Shown: positions 9,408 through 18,662 of the stretch, one piece after another
Numbering within the stretch: position 1 is the stretch's first letter
How the letters are laid out: every line of letters starts with the position of its first letter
Source of the DNA: Pseudomonadota bacterium
Lineage (GTDB): Bacteria > Pseudomonadota > Alphaproteobacteria > Rhizobiales > JAKSCL01
Reading direction: 5' to 3'
DNA length: 64,000 bases
Assembly: GCA_039026395.1 (NCBI GenBank)
Contig: JBCCMK010000002.1
Location: 23,168 to 87,167, forward strand
The notes under the pieces: generated by a model
Database searches by the model: none
What the model saw: only the letters and a program-made list of their open reading frames with translations
Told to the model about the DNA's origin: nothing
Translations under genes and position numbers: made by a program

Positions 9408-10774
9408 GTGACGAGAGTAATCGGTTTTCAAGGCGCGTGCAGCGCTATGCAAGCGTCGGCACGAATGTTGGCGGTGCTGCCGCTAAGCTCGCCGCAAGCC
9501 GTCTCTTTGGCATGGACGTCAACAATCAGCGAAATGCCCAAGATCTTGCTCAAGCGCTCGGCGGACTAAAGGGGCCGCTGATGAAAGTGGCGCAGTTGCT
9601 CTCGACAATTCCGGAAGCGCTGCCGCCCGAATACGCGGCCGAACTCTCGCAGCTCCAGGCTGACGCCCCGCCCATGGGGCGGGCTTTCGTGCGCCGCCGC
9701 ATGGCAGCAGAGCTTGGGGCGGGTTGGCGCTCGCAATTTGCGACATTTGAGCAAGACGCAACGGCGTCGGCCTCGCTCGGTCAGGTCCACCGCGCAACGC
9801 TTCACGACGGGGAAAAAATTGCCTGCAAACTGCAATACCCGGACATGGAGTCAGCGGTCGAAGCGGACCTCAATCAGCTCAAGGTGTTGTTCGCGATCCA
9901 TCGCCAGATGGACGCCGCAGTCGACACGACCGAAATCCTAAAAGAGATCGGCGCGCGAGTGCGAGAAGAATTGGATTACACCCGGGAAGCGAGCCACATG
10001 GCGCTTTACGGGCAGATTTTTGAAGACCACCCGCTCATTCGAGTGCCTGAAATCGTTGAAGACCATTCCACCAAGCGCCTTCTCACCATGACGTGGCTCC
10101 AGGGCACGCGCCTGCTCGATTACAAGGATTCGTCGCTTGAGATCCGCAATCGTCTGACCGAGGCTTTGTTCAAGGCGTGGTGGTATCCATTTTCCAATTA
10201 CGGCGTAATCCACGGCGATCCGCACCTTGGAAACTACACCGTGTTTGAAGAAGATGGCGAACCGGGTGGCATCAACCTCCTCGATTACGGTTGCATCCGC
10301 ATTTTCCCGCCTGGCTTCGTTAAAGGCGTGATCGACCTCTATCACGGGCTCGATCGCGGCGATAACGACCTTATTGCGTCAGCCTATGAACGGTGGGGTT
10401 TCCGAAATCTCTCCCGTGACCTCATGGACGTTTTGAACAGCTGGGCCGCGTTCATCTATGGTCCGCTTCTCGACAATCGCGTGCGCACAGTGGCGGATGG
10501 GATTTCGCCTGGAGAATATGGCCGCAAACAAGCCTTCCATGTGCATCAGCAATTGAAGGAGAAGGGCCCCGTCACCATACCGCGCGAATTTGTTTTCATG
10601 GACAGAGCGGCAATCGGACTTGGTGGCGTATTCTTGCATATGCAGGCCGAACTGAACTTTTACGCACTTTTCAATGAAACGATTGAACGATTTGACGAAA
10701 AAACCGTCACATCCGTCCAATCTGCAGCGTTTCAATCGGTCGGCCTGACACCGCCAGAGATGGCCGCCGCATAA
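9404..10774 (+). CDS. ABC1/UbiB-family atypical protein kinase
   Basis: 456 aa. Motifs GPLMKVAQLLST…LP.EY…L..LQ, ASLGQVHRA and HGDPHLGNY are typical of ABC1/AarF kinases. The ATG overlaps the upstream stop (ATGA at 9404-9407). Confidence 0.85.
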   Translation: MSDESNRFSRRVQRYASVGTNVGGAAAKLAASRLFGMDVNNQRNAQDLAQALGGLKGPLMKVAQLLSTIPEALPPEYAAELSQLQADAPPMGRAFVRRRMAAELGAGWRSQFATFEQDATASASLGQVHRATLHDGEKIACKLQYPDMESAVEADLNQLKVLFAIHRQMDAAVDTTEILKEIGARVREELDYTREASHMALYGQIFEDHPLIRVPEIVEDHSTKRLLTMTWLQGTRLLDYKDSSLEIRNRLTEALFKAWWYPFSNYGVIHGDPHLGNYTVFEEDGEPGGINLLDYGCIRIFPPGFVKGVIDLYHGLDRGDNDLIASAYERWGFRNLSRDLMDVLNSWAAFIYGPLLDNRVRTVADGISPGEYGRKQAFHVHQQLKEKGPVTIPREFVFMDRAAIGLGGVFLHMQAELNFYALFNETIERFDEKTVTSVQSAAFQSVGLTPPEMAAA

Positions 10775-10863
10775 GTCTCAAAACGTCGCAGCATTTTACC
10801 CCGGTTGTCGGGCTGAAAACGCTGTGTTAGTGCGCAGCTTGAAAGAAAAGTAGAGTTGCCGAG

Positions 10864-11004
10864 ATGGAAATGGCCGACGAAAAGCCCCCTGAAATGGACT
10901 ATGATGAGCACAACAAGACATATGCTATGTTTTTGTTTGGCGCGAAGTGGGGCACCATTGCGGTCGTAGTCGTCCTCATCCTGATGGCGATTTTCCTCCT
11001 GTAG
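10864..11004 (+). CDS. Small membrane protein resembling bacterial aa3-type cytochrome c oxidase subunit IV (COX4_pro_2-like)
   Basis: 46-aa ORF below the track cutoff: MEMADEKPPEMDYDEHNKTYAMFLFGAKWGTIAVVVVLILMAIFLL. It has one TM helix, with an H-x2-TY-x2-F-x4-KW motif preceding it. Such a gene is often annotated directly upstream of pntA in alphaproteobacteria (from memory). Confidence 0.6.
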   Translation: MEMADEKPPEMDYDEHNKTYAMFLFGAKWGTIAVVVVLILMAIFLL

Positions 11005-11079
11005 GCTTTTCCACGAAGTTTAAATTATCAACAGTCCGGTTAAAACGAGCCGGTTCCTCCCGCCTTTCGGGTCTTGACT

Positions 11080-12219
11080 ATGAAGATCGCAGTTCTTGCA
11101 GAAACAGACGATAATGAGCCGCGCGTTGCGGCGACGCCGGAGACGGTAAAGAAGTATATTGGTCTTGGCGCCGATGTCGCCGTGGTGAAGGGCGCGGGCG
11201 CGAAATCGCATATGGCTGACGACGCGTTCAAAGACGCAGGTGCGTCCGTTGCAGCGTCTGCATCGGCGGCTTGCAAGGGCGCTGACGTGGTGCTTTCCGT
11301 GCGGCGTCCCGATGCCAAAACCATCAAAGCGATCGACAAGGGTTCGGCCCTGATTGGCATGCTTGACCCCTACGGCGCTGAAAAGGATGTTGAGGCAATC
11401 GGCAAAGCGGGCATTGATGCCTTCACCATGGAATTCATGCCGCGCATTACCCGCGCGCAGGTCATGGACGTCCTGTCGTCGCAAGCAAACATTGCTGGTT
11501 ATCAGGCCGTCATTGTCGGTGCAGCAAACTACGGTATGGCGATCCCAATGATGATGACCGCGGCCGGAACCGTGCCCGCGGCGAAAGTCTTTGTCATGGG
11601 CGCAGGTGTGGCCGGTCTTCAAGCGATCGCAACCGCGCGCCGCCTTGGCGCGGTCGTCACCGCAACGGACGTTCGCGCAGCAGCGGGAGAACAAGTCGAA
11701 TCTCTCGGCGGCAAGTTCATCATGACGGAAGCGCTAAAGGATGCATCGGGCGATGGCGGCTATGCGCGCGAACTCACCGATGACGAGAAAAAAGCGCAGA
11801 GCGAACTCGTCGCGGGTCACATCGCGAAGCAGAACATTGTCGTCACGACGGCCCTCATTCCGGGTCGCCCAGCCCCTGAACTCGTTTCAGCCGACATGGT
11901 CAAATCCATGTCAGCCGGTAGTGTCATCGTCGACCTCGCAGCCGAGCGGGGAGGCAATTGTGCGCTCACCGAGCCTGGCAAAACGATCGACGTGAACGGC
12001 GTCAAGATCATCGGTACGCTCAATCTGCCTGGCCAGTTGGCCGCCACGGCATCGAACCTCTACTCTCGCAATCTTTATGCCTTTGTCGAAACCATGGTCG
12101 ACAAAGACGCAAAAGCCTTGAAGGTCGACTGGGACGATGAACTGGTCTCGGCCACAAACCTCACCCGTGGCGGCGCGGTCGTGCACCCCGCGTTCGCCCC
12201 GGCTGAGAAAGCCTCTTAA
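11080..12219 (+). CDS. pntAA: NAD(P) transhydrogenase subunit alpha part 1 (dI)
   Basis: Alanine-dehydrogenase/PNT fold and NAD-binding GAGVAGLQAI. ATG 11080 (MKIAVLAE…) chosen over the TTG at 11074 used by the track. Confidence 0.95.
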   Translation: MKIAVLAETDDNEPRVAATPETVKKYIGLGADVAVVKGAGAKSHMADDAFKDAGASVAASASAACKGADVVLSVRRPDAKTIKAIDKGSALIGMLDPYGAEKDVEAIGKAGIDAFTMEFMPRITRAQVMDVLSSQANIAGYQAVIVGAANYGMAIPMMMTAAGTVPAAKVFVMGAGVAGLQAIATARRLGAVVTATDVRAAAGEQVESLGGKFIMTEALKDASGDGGYARELTDDEKKAQSELVAGHIAKQNIVVTTALIPGRPAPELVSADMVKSMSAGSVIVDLAAERGGNCALTEPGKTIDVNGVKIIGTLNLPGQLAATASNLYSRNLYAFVETMVDKDAKALKVDWDDELVSATNLTRGGAVVHPAFAPAEKAS

Positions 12220-12237
12220 AGTCAAGGACGTTCGATC

Positions 12238-12690
12238 ATGAGTGACATGACCGCAACCGAAGCCGCGGAGAAGGCAGCCGAAGCCGCCGCTACCGCTCAA
12301 GAAGCCGCGACACAGGCGCAAGGGTTTGCTGATGCGGCGCTCGCTGCCGCGTCCTCCGGCACAGAGGCAATTGCTGCTGCCGCCGGCGTTGATCCCTTTA
12401 TCTTCCGGATCGCGATTTTCGTGCTTGCGATCTTCGTGGGCTATTACGTCGTCTGGTCAGTGACCCCAGCGCTCCACACGCCGCTGATGTCGGTCACCAA
12501 CGCGATCTCCTCGGTTATCGTTGTCGGTGCGCTTCTGGCCGTGGGATCGTCTGCACTGACGGGCATCGAGGGCGCAGGCTGGTCGCAGCTGTTCGGTTTC
12601 CTCGCGCTCGTCATGGCGAGCGTGAACATCTTTGGCGGGTTCCTCGTCACGCAGCGCATGCTCGCAATGTACAAAAAGAAAGAGCGGTAG
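12238..12690 (+). CDS. pntAB: NAD(P) transhydrogenase subunit alpha part 2 (membrane dII-alpha)
   Basis: 150 aa with an Ala/Glu-rich N-terminus followed by TM helices; conserved …[16 protein letters not shown]…[13 protein letters not shown]; AGGA RBS. Confidence 0.9.
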   Translation: MSDMTATEAAEKAAEAAATAQEAATQAQGFADAALAAASSGTEAIAAAAGVDPFIFRIAIFVLAIFVGYYVVWSVTPALHTPLMSVTNAISSVIVVGALLAVGSSALTGIEGAGWSQLFGFLALVMASVNIFGGFLVTQRMLAMYKKKER

Positions 12691-12702
12691 GAGTTCTTCC
12701 CG

Positions 12703-14106
12703 ATGTCGGCCAACCTTGCCGCGATCCTGTATCTCGTATCAGGTGTTCTCTTCATTCTCGCGCTGCGTGGGCTCTCGAGCCCTGAGACGTCGCGCCAAGG
12801 CAACCTTTTCGGCATGGTCGGAATGGGGATCGCCGTTGTCACCACGCTGTTGGTAGCGGCGCCAAACACCGGCCTTTCTATGGTGTTGATCGTCGCCGGT
12901 ATCGGCATTGGTGGCGGCCTTGGTGCTTACATTGCGCGCCAAGTGCCCATGACTGCGATGCCGCAGCTTGTGGCCGCGTTTCACTCACTCGTCGGCCTCG
13001 CTGCCGTCTTCGTCGCAGCCGCAGCGCTCTACACGCCGCAAGCGTTCGGTATCGGCGCACCTGGGTCGATTTCGACGGCAAGCCTGGTCGAAATGGCGCT
13101 CGGTGCCGCAATCGGCATCATTACCTTCTCCGGCTCGATCATCGCGTTTGCCAAGCTTGACGGGCGCATGTCTGGCGCGCCGATCATGTTGCCAAACCGG
13201 CATCTCATCAATATCGGCCTTGCAGCCGCAGTTGTGCTCCTCATTGTCTGGTTGGTTGCAAGTGAAAGTCACGCAGCGTTTTGGCTGCTCGTACTGGTCG
13301 CACTCGTTCTGGGTGTCTTGATCATCATCCCGATTGGCGGCGCCGACATGCCGGTCGTCGTGTCGATGCTCAACTCTTATTCCGGTTGGGCAGCAGCGGG
13401 CATTGGTTTCACGCTCGAGAACACAGCGCTGATCATCACAGGGGCGCTCGTCGGCTCCTCTGGCGCAATCCTCTCTTACATCATGTGTAAGGGCATGAAC
13501 CGCTCGTTCATCTCCGTCATTTTGGGCGGCTTCGGCGGTGATTCTGCGGCGGCAGCGGCTGGCGGCGCGGTGGAGCAGCGCCCGGTCAAGCAGGGCTCAG
13601 GCGACGATGCGGCCTTCATCATGAAGAACGCTTCAAAAGTTATCATCGTACCCGGTTACGGCATGGCGGTTGCGCAGGCTCAGCACGCGCTTCGCGAAAT
13701 GTCCGATAAGCTGAAGGCGGAAGGCGTAGAAGTGAAATACGCGATCCACCCCGTCGCGGGGCGGATGCCAGGGCACATGAACGTGCTTCTTGCCGAAGCG
13801 AACGTCCCCTATGACGAAGTCTATGAGTTGGAAGACATTAACTCGGAATTTGCCCAGACGGATGTCGCCTTCGTTATTGGCGCGAACGACGTGACGAACC
13901 CAGCGGCGAAAACGGATCCGTCTTCGGCGATCTACGGTATGCCGATCCTTGATGTTGAAAATTCGGGCACCGTGCTCTTCATCAAGCGCGGGATGGGTTC
14001 TGGCTACGCTGGTGTCGAGAACGAGCTCTTCTTCCGTGACAACACGATGATGCTCTTCTCCGATGCGAAGAAGATGGTCGAGAATATCGTCAAGGCGCTG
14101 GATTAG
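12703..14106 (+). CDS. pntB: NAD(P) transhydrogenase subunit beta
   Basis: 467 aa with a multi-TM N-terminal half and a dIII NADP(H) domain (…VPGYGMAVAQAQH…HPVAGRMPGHMNVLLAEA…GANDVTNP…); AGGAG RBS. Confidence 0.95.
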   Translation: MSANLAAILYLVSGVLFILALRGLSSPETSRQGNLFGMVGMGIAVVTTLLVAAPNTGLSMVLIVAGIGIGGGLGAYIARQVPMTAMPQLVAAFHSLVGLAAVFVAAAALYTPQAFGIGAPGSISTASLVEMALGAAIGIITFSGSIIAFAKLDGRMSGAPIMLPNRHLINIGLAAAVVLLIVWLVASESHAAFWLLVLVALVLGVLIIIPIGGADMPVVVSMLNSYSGWAAAGIGFTLENTALIITGALVGSSGAILSYIMCKGMNRSFISVILGGFGGDSAAAAAGGAVEQRPVKQGSGDDAAFIMKNASKVIIVPGYGMAVAQAQHALREMSDKLKAEGVEVKYAIHPVAGRMPGHMNVLLAEANVPYDEVYELEDINSEFAQTDVAFVIGANDVTNPAAKTDPSSAIYGMPILDVENSGTVLFIKRGMGSGYAGVENELFFRDNTMMLFSDAKKMVENIVKALD

Positions 14107-14206
14107 GCCTTTCTCGGTCTGGCGCGCCGTGCGGATTGCGCATCACGGGCACCGTCCTAAATAGGGTTTGAGCGGTGGGGCAGCACGCGAGGGTTGCGGC
14201 CAGATC

Positions 14207-15001
14207 ATGTTCAAGTTCTTTCAGCGTGCCCTTGTCGGGGTGGCAATCGTATACGTTGCGGCACTCGGGTTTCTCTATGTGGCCGAGCGCAGCATGGTTT
14301 ACCCGGCAGGTGGAGACTATGAGCCGCCTGAAAGCGTAGGCCTAGAAGGCGTCGAAGTTTTTGAGCTCGAGACGCCTGACGGCGAGCGGCTCCTCACCTG
14401 GTATCACGCGCCCGAAGATGGTGAGAAAACCTTTCTCTATCTTCAGGGCAATTCGAAAACCCTATCGGACCGGACTGACGCACTCGGCTCAATGGTCAAT
14501 GGCGGCTACGGGTTGCTGGCAATTTCATATCGCGGTTTTCAAGGCTCCACGGGCAGTGCCACCCAAGAAGGGCTAACCACTGACGCTTTAACAGCTTTTG
14601 ATTGGCTGGATGAGCGTGACCATGAGATCATCATTCACGGCCAATCACTCGGATCGGGTGTTGCGTCACAATTGGCGGCGCAGCGCGACGCCGAGGCCCT
14701 CATCCTGGAGGTGCCATTCACCGCAACGGTCGATGTGGCCTCCGAGCAGTATTGGTATTTTCCGGTCGGGCTTTTGATGAAGGATCAGTGGCGGTCTCGC
14801 GATGTAATCGCCGACGTGGGAGAACCGCTCCTGATCGTTGGTGCAGGCCAAGATCGTGTCATCCCCGTTGAGCAGTCAAAGCGGCTCTATGATATGGCGT
14901 CCGATCCCAAAACCTACGCCGTCCTCCCGGAATCCGGACACAATGATGTTTGGGATCACGGGATGTGGGAACAGGTGGAGAGCTTTTTGAGTTCTCTGTA
15001 G
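14207..15001 (+). CDS. Alpha/beta-fold hydrolase with an N-terminal membrane anchor
   Basis: GQSLGSG nucleophile elbow and D/H in the C-terminal part (…ESGHND). ATG 14207 (MFKFFQRAL…) preferred over TTG 14168. Confidence 0.8.
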   Translation: MFKFFQRALVGVAIVYVAALGFLYVAERSMVYPAGGDYEPPESVGLEGVEVFELETPDGERLLTWYHAPEDGEKTFLYLQGNSKTLSDRTDALGSMVNGGYGLLAISYRGFQGSTGSATQEGLTTDALTAFDWLDERDHEIIIHGQSLGSGVASQLAAQRDAEALILEVPFTATVDVASEQYWYFPVGLLMKDQWRSRDVIADVGEPLLIVGAGQDRVIPVEQSKRLYDMASDPKTYAVLPESGHNDVWDHGMWEQVESFLSSL

Positions 15002-15004
15002 AGG

Positions 15005-15823
15005 TCAGCGGATACGGCGCAGACCGTCGCGTGCGGCTTGAAGGTTGCGATCGTAGCCGAGCGCGCGGGAGTAAGACGACTTCGCATTGGCGGTCTGTCC
15101 TAGCGCTTCCTGGGCGCGCCCCGTGCCTTCCCATGCTTCGGCATAGTTCTGGCGGAGCCTGGTCGCGGCGTTGAAATCATCCAGTGCAGATTTCGGGTCA
15201 TTCTGCGCGAGGTAGCTGTTTCCGCGCGCCACGTAAGGCTCAGGTGCGACCGGATTGAGTGCGATCGCCGCTGCGAAATCCTCAATCGCAAGCACATGAT
15301 TGTTCTGAGATTGGTAGATCAGGCCCCGATTATGAAAGGCACGGGGGTTATCGGCTGAGATTTGTATCGCGCGTTGAAAATCAGCGAGTGCGAGCGTCGT
15401 TTGCCCCTGCTGGCGATAAACATTTCCCCGTCCAACAAAGGCTGGATCATAGGTTGGCGCGATCGAAAGCGCGCGGTCATAGTCGGCGATCGCTTCAGCG
15501 GGGCGATCCAATCGACGAAGGACAAGCGCGCGATTCGCGTACGCTTGATGAAAGTTCGGGTCGAGCGCGATCGCTTGGCTGAAATCGCGAAGCGCCGCCT
15601 CATACGCACCGGCTTCACCATAGGCTGTCCCGCGCACATTCAAGGGACCTGGATCATTAGGGTTTGCTTCGACGACTTGTGTGAGTGAGGAGATATTGGC
15701 GGAAACTGCGGGCGGCGCGGTTGCAAGCCCACCTGCCGCGCATCCTGCAAGCGTTAGTGCTGCCAAACCGAGAGCGAGCCCTCTGAAAGCATGGCGTCCG
15801 GCCGCGTCATTCATGTTTGGCAT
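15005..15823 (-). CDS. TPR-repeat lipoprotein
   Basis: Lipobox LTLAGC near the N-terminus and at least 6 tandem 34-aa TPR units (…AY.NRG..Y…A..D..…A…P…). Confidence 0.85.
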   Translation of the reverse strand: MPNMNDAAGRHAFRGLALGLAALTLAGCAAGGLATAPPAVSANISSLTQVVEANPNDPGPLNVRGTAYGEAGAYEAALRDFSQAIALDPNFHQAYANRALVLRRLDRPAEAIADYDRALSIAPTYDPAFVGRGNVYRQQGQTTLALADFQRAIQISADNPRAFHNRGLIYQSQNNHVLAIEDFAAAIALNPVAPEPYVARGNSYLAQNDPKSALDDFNAATRLRQNYAEAWEGTGRAQEALGQTANAKSSYSRALGYDRNLQAARDGLRRIR

Positions 15824-15898
15824 ACCGCATCCAAACCTTCACGTGTCTCTCATCACCCGACTAAGTGTGGCGGTTACGCGTTAAGGGTAAACTCTGGC

Positions 15899-15930
15899 AT
15901 AAAAAAAGCGGGCCAGGCCCGCCTTTTTGC
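15899..15930 (-). terminator. Rho-independent terminator downstream of rpsU (structurally bidirectional)
   Basis: GCGGGCC-A-GGCCCGC stem (15908-15922), flanked by A7 (15901-15907, which is the U-tract on the minus strand) and T5 (15924-15928). Confidence 0.8.
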
Positions 15931-15945
15931 CACAGTGCACAAGCC

Positions 15946-16173
15946 TTAGCGGCGACGGGCCTTACCTGGGATGAGGCCTTCGCGCTGGGCGCGCTTGCGA
16001 GCAAGCTTGCGGGCGCGACGGAGGGCTTCAGCCTTTTCACGCGCTTTTTTCTCGGACGGCTTTTCATAGAAGCCACGGAGTTTCATTTCGCGAAAGATGC
16101 CCTCGCGCTGCATTTTCTTCTTAAGCGCCTTCAGCGCCTGATCAACATTGTTATCGCGTACGAGAACCTGCAC
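15946..16173 (-). CDS. rpsU: 30S ribosomal protein S21
   Basis: (M)[30 protein letters not shown]… is canonical S21. GTG 16173 preferred over TTG 16179. Confidence 0.95.
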   Translation of the reverse strand: MQVLVRDNNVDQALKALKKKMQREGIFREMKLRGFYEKPSEKKAREKAEALRRARKLARKRAQREGLIPGKARRR

Positions 16174-16287
16174 ACCCAAATCCTATCAGCTCAAAAGAAA
16201 GCACCGCTTGCGTTCCAAATTGCTTCAGAACAGCTCGCGGCACTCACGATGGATGGGCGCATAGCAAAGCGCGCCGTTTTTGTCCAG

Positions 16288-17406
16288 TCATTCGCCGTGG
16301 ATTTGCGCGAGTCTGTCTAGCGGTAGCGCCAAACGATTGACGGTCGTCACGTGACCCATTTTGCGACCGGGGCGCGCTTCGGTTTTGCCGTATAGATAGA
16401 TCCGCGATGCCATATGGCTCAGCCATCGCGACACGTTATCGACATCGGCCCCGATCAAATTGGTCATCTCGGCGCGGGCGACAATCATGGATGGATCGCC
16501 GAGCGACAGGCCCGTGATTGCACGAATATGCTGCTCGAACTGGTCGGTCGCGGCGCCATCAAGAGTCCAGTGCCCCGAATTATGCACACGCGGCGCAATT
16601 TCATTGACGAGGATCTCATCGCCGACAACGAACATCTCTGCGCCAAGGACACCCACATATTTGAGGTCTTCGACTAATTTGGTCGCGACACTCTGCGCTT
16701 TGTCTCTAAGGCTTTGGCTGAGATCGGCCGGAGCAATCGTCTTATGTAAGATAGAGTCGCGGTGTTCGTTTTTGACCGGCGTATAGGCTTTTACAGTCCC
16801 AGTCTGGCCGCGTGCAATCACGACAGAAATCTCAAAATCAAAGGGGACTATGCCCTCTAGGATCGCAGGTTGGCCGCCGATCTCGTTCCATGCCGCTTCT
16901 CTATCGTCAGCAGTGTGAACACGCGACTGGCCCTTTCCATCATACCCAAACCGGCGGGTTTTGAGGATCCCCGTGCCGCCAACTTCATCCAGGCTCTGCG
17001 CGATGTCTTCAGCGCTGCCGACGCCAGTAAACGGCGCGGTTTGCGCACCTGCGTCACGGATAAACGTCTTCTCTACGAGCCGATCCTGGGCAATCGCCAC
17101 TGCGCTCGGTGGTGGATGCACCGGGGTCTGAGCCGCGATCCGGTCCAGAGCACCCACATCCACGTTCTCAAACTCAAAAGTGATAACGTCGACGGTTTCG
17201 GCAAAGGCGCTGAGCGCTTCTGTGTCTTCAAATTCAGCGACGGTGTGCGCGGCGGCAAGATCAAAAGCAGGCGACTTTGGATCGGGCGAGAAAACATGAG
17301 CGCGGTATCCAAGCCGTGCCGCGGCAATTGCGAGCATCCGTCCGAGTTGTCCTCCGCCCAGAATGCCGATGGTAGCGCCCGGCTTTAAAGGATCAGGCTG
17401 ATCCAT
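16288..17406 (-). CDS. purK: N5-carboxyaminoimidazole ribonucleotide synthase
   Basis: ATP-grasp protein; [13 protein letters not shown] near the N-terminus. ATG 17406 preferred; the track start at 17448 would overlap purE by 56 nt. Confidence 0.95.
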   Translation of the reverse strand: MDQPDPLKPGATIGILGGGQLGRMLAIAAARLGYRAHVFSPDPKSPAFDLAAAHTVAEFEDTEALSAFAETVDVITFEFENVDVGALDRIAAQTPVHPPPSAVAIAQDRLVEKTFIRDAGAQTAPFTGVGSAEDIAQSLDEVGGTGILKTRRFGYDGKGQSRVHTADDREAAWNEIGGQPAILEGIVPFDFEISVVIARGQTGTVKAYTPVKNEHRDSILHKTIAPADLSQSLRDKAQSVATKLVEDLKYVGVLGAEMFVVGDEILVNEIAPRVHNSGHWTLDGAATDQFEQHIRAITGLSLGDPSMIVARAEMTNLIGADVDNVSRWLSHMASRIYLYGKTEARPGRKMGHVTTVNRLALPLDRLAQIHGE

Positions 17407-17890
17407 TGGACGAGGGTCTTTCCGCGATTTTGTCGGTTTGGCTGGCACGCCAGGCTTGATAGCGAGCCGCTAACTCATCATCGTTCAATGCAAGGATGGA
17501 GGCCGCCAAAAGCGCTGCGTTTATCGCTCCGGCTTTTCCAATCGCGAGCGTTCCTACAGGCACCCCGCCCGGCATTTGGACGATCGAATAAAGGCTATCG
17601 ACGCCTTTCATGGTTCGCGATTCGACCGGCACGCCCAACACGGGTAGATGGGTCAGTGATGCGACCATGCCCGGCAAATGCGCCGCCCCGCCCGCGCCGG
17701 CGATGATCACCTCAAATCCGTTGTCAGCCGCGCTCTCGGCAAACTCAACCATGCGCTTTGGCGTCCTGTGGGCCGAGACGATCCGGCAGTCATGGGCGAC
17801 CTTGAGCGCTTCGAGCGTTTCAGAAGCGTGCCGGAGCGTCTCCCAGTCGGACTGGCTGCCCATGATGATGGCGACTTTTTCCACGGTCAC
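17393..17890 (-). CDS. purE: N5-carboxyaminoimidazole ribonucleotide mutase
   Basis: [11 protein letters not shown]…SAHRTP…[14 protein letters not shown] motifs. The GTG start overlaps the stop of the upstream DUF465 gene (GTGA). Confidence 0.95.
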   Translation of the reverse strand: MTVEKVAIIMGSQSDWETLRHASETLEALKVAHDCRIVSAHRTPKRMVEFAESAADNGFEVIIAGAGGAAHLPGMVASLTHLPVLGVPVESRTMKGVDSLYSIVQMPGGVPVGTLAIGKAGAINAALLAASILALNDDELAARYQAWRASQTDKIAERPSSNGSA

Positions 17891-18090
17891 GCGATGATAT
17901 CCGGCATGAGCTTGAGTTCGACATGGGTTATCCGGTCTTTCAACGTCAGCTTCTGCTTTTTCAAGCGTCGGATCTGGAGGTCGTTGCGCGGGGTCGCGGT
18001 CTCCAGCGCCTCAATCGCGGCGTCAAGGTCGCGGTGCTGTTCGCGCAAATCGTGAAGGAGCGCCTGGTACGCCTGCCGATCGACTGACAT
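17887..18090 (-). CDS. DUF465 (YdcH-like) small protein
   Basis: 67 aa; H..L…I…..P..DD..I..LKK.KL.LKD pattern (…[17 protein letters not shown]). Confidence 0.8.
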   Translation of the reverse strand: MSVDRQAYQALLHDLREQHRDLDAAIEALETATPRNDLQIRRLKKQKLTLKDRITHVELKLMPDIIA

Positions 18091-18192
18091 GAGATTTCGC
18101 TTCTGGCCCGTCTAAGCGTGAAACTTGTTATGCCGGGTGGCATTCAGCCTGACAAGGCACGAGGCGGGACTGGAGGTGGACAGAGCGGTGCT

Positions 18193-18217
18193 ATCCCGCA
18201 GTGCGGGATGCATTTTG
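18193..18217 (+). promoter_or_regulatory. Terminator-like hairpin in the leader of the plus-strand DUF465 gene
   Basis: ATCCCGC-AGT-GCGGGAT (18193-18209), followed by GCATTTTG. It lies 74 nt upstream of the ATG at 18291. Confidence 0.4.
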
Positions 18218-18290
18218 TGCGCCGCTTCCTTTTCACGTGCGACAAAATCTGCCACACTTTCTGCGTGAACCGAAAAAAGGAGGTGCGCAT

Positions 18291-18467
18291 ATGGCAGCCC
18301 AAGCTCACTTGGAAGAGTTGACGCGAAAGCATCGGATGCTCGACACTCAAATCGAACAGGAACTCGCGCATCCAGGCTCTAGCGATTTTGAAATCAGTGA
18401 GTTGAAGCGACGAAAATTGCGTATCAAAGAGCAGATAGAAAGCCTGTCGCACACGAAACCGCATTAA
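18291..18467 (+). CDS. DUF465 (YdcH-like) small protein, paralogue of 17887-18090
   Basis: 58 aa from ATG 18291 (AAGGAGG RBS at 18277-18283): MAAQAHLEELTRKHRMLDTQIEQELAHPGSSDFEISELKRRKLRIKEQIE…. Confidence 0.8.
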   Translation: MAAQAHLEELTRKHRMLDTQIEQELAHPGSSDFEISELKRRKLRIKEQIESLSHTKPH

Positions 18468-18504
18468 AGACAGGCACAGTCTCCCATCTGGGGATGGGGT
18501 GAAA

Positions 18505-18556
18505 AGGGCGCTCCCCGACGAACGAAATTCTGGTCGTGGGTAGAGCGCCTTTTTTA
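18505..18556 (+). terminator. Rho-independent terminator after the DUF465 gene
   Basis: Long interrupted stem (GGGCGCTC…GAGCGCC[T]) followed by T6 at 18550-18555. Confidence 0.65.
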
Positions 18557-18662
18557 TTGGGGAAATGGAAATTCAGTCATCAATCAATGGGCTGGTCGTG
18601 ACTTAACGCGGACTTAGTCCTCGTTTGATGTGCTTGCCTGACCGATTTTTTGAGGTTCAGGC

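Noticed and set aside
11020-11694. 224-aa minus-strand ORF antisense to pntAA (similar cases: 19505-20206 antisense to the sorA-like gene, 58170-58745 antisense to the M48 protease, 16870-17388 antisense to purK)
   Set aside because: These are shadow ORFs opposite strongly conserved genes, with Arg/Cys/His-rich compositions and no RBS or motifs.
17443-17460. TGGCACG…GCTTGA resembling a sigma-54 -24 element
   Set aside because: The -12 element (TTGC) is missing at the correct spacing. The site is inside the purE/purK coding overlap and on the opposite strand.
18603-18617. TTAACGCGGACTTAG, a one-mismatch CtrA-like box upstream of the hypothetical secreted protein gene
   Set aside because: The second half-site is imperfect. 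One-mismatch matches are expected by chance several times in the window.
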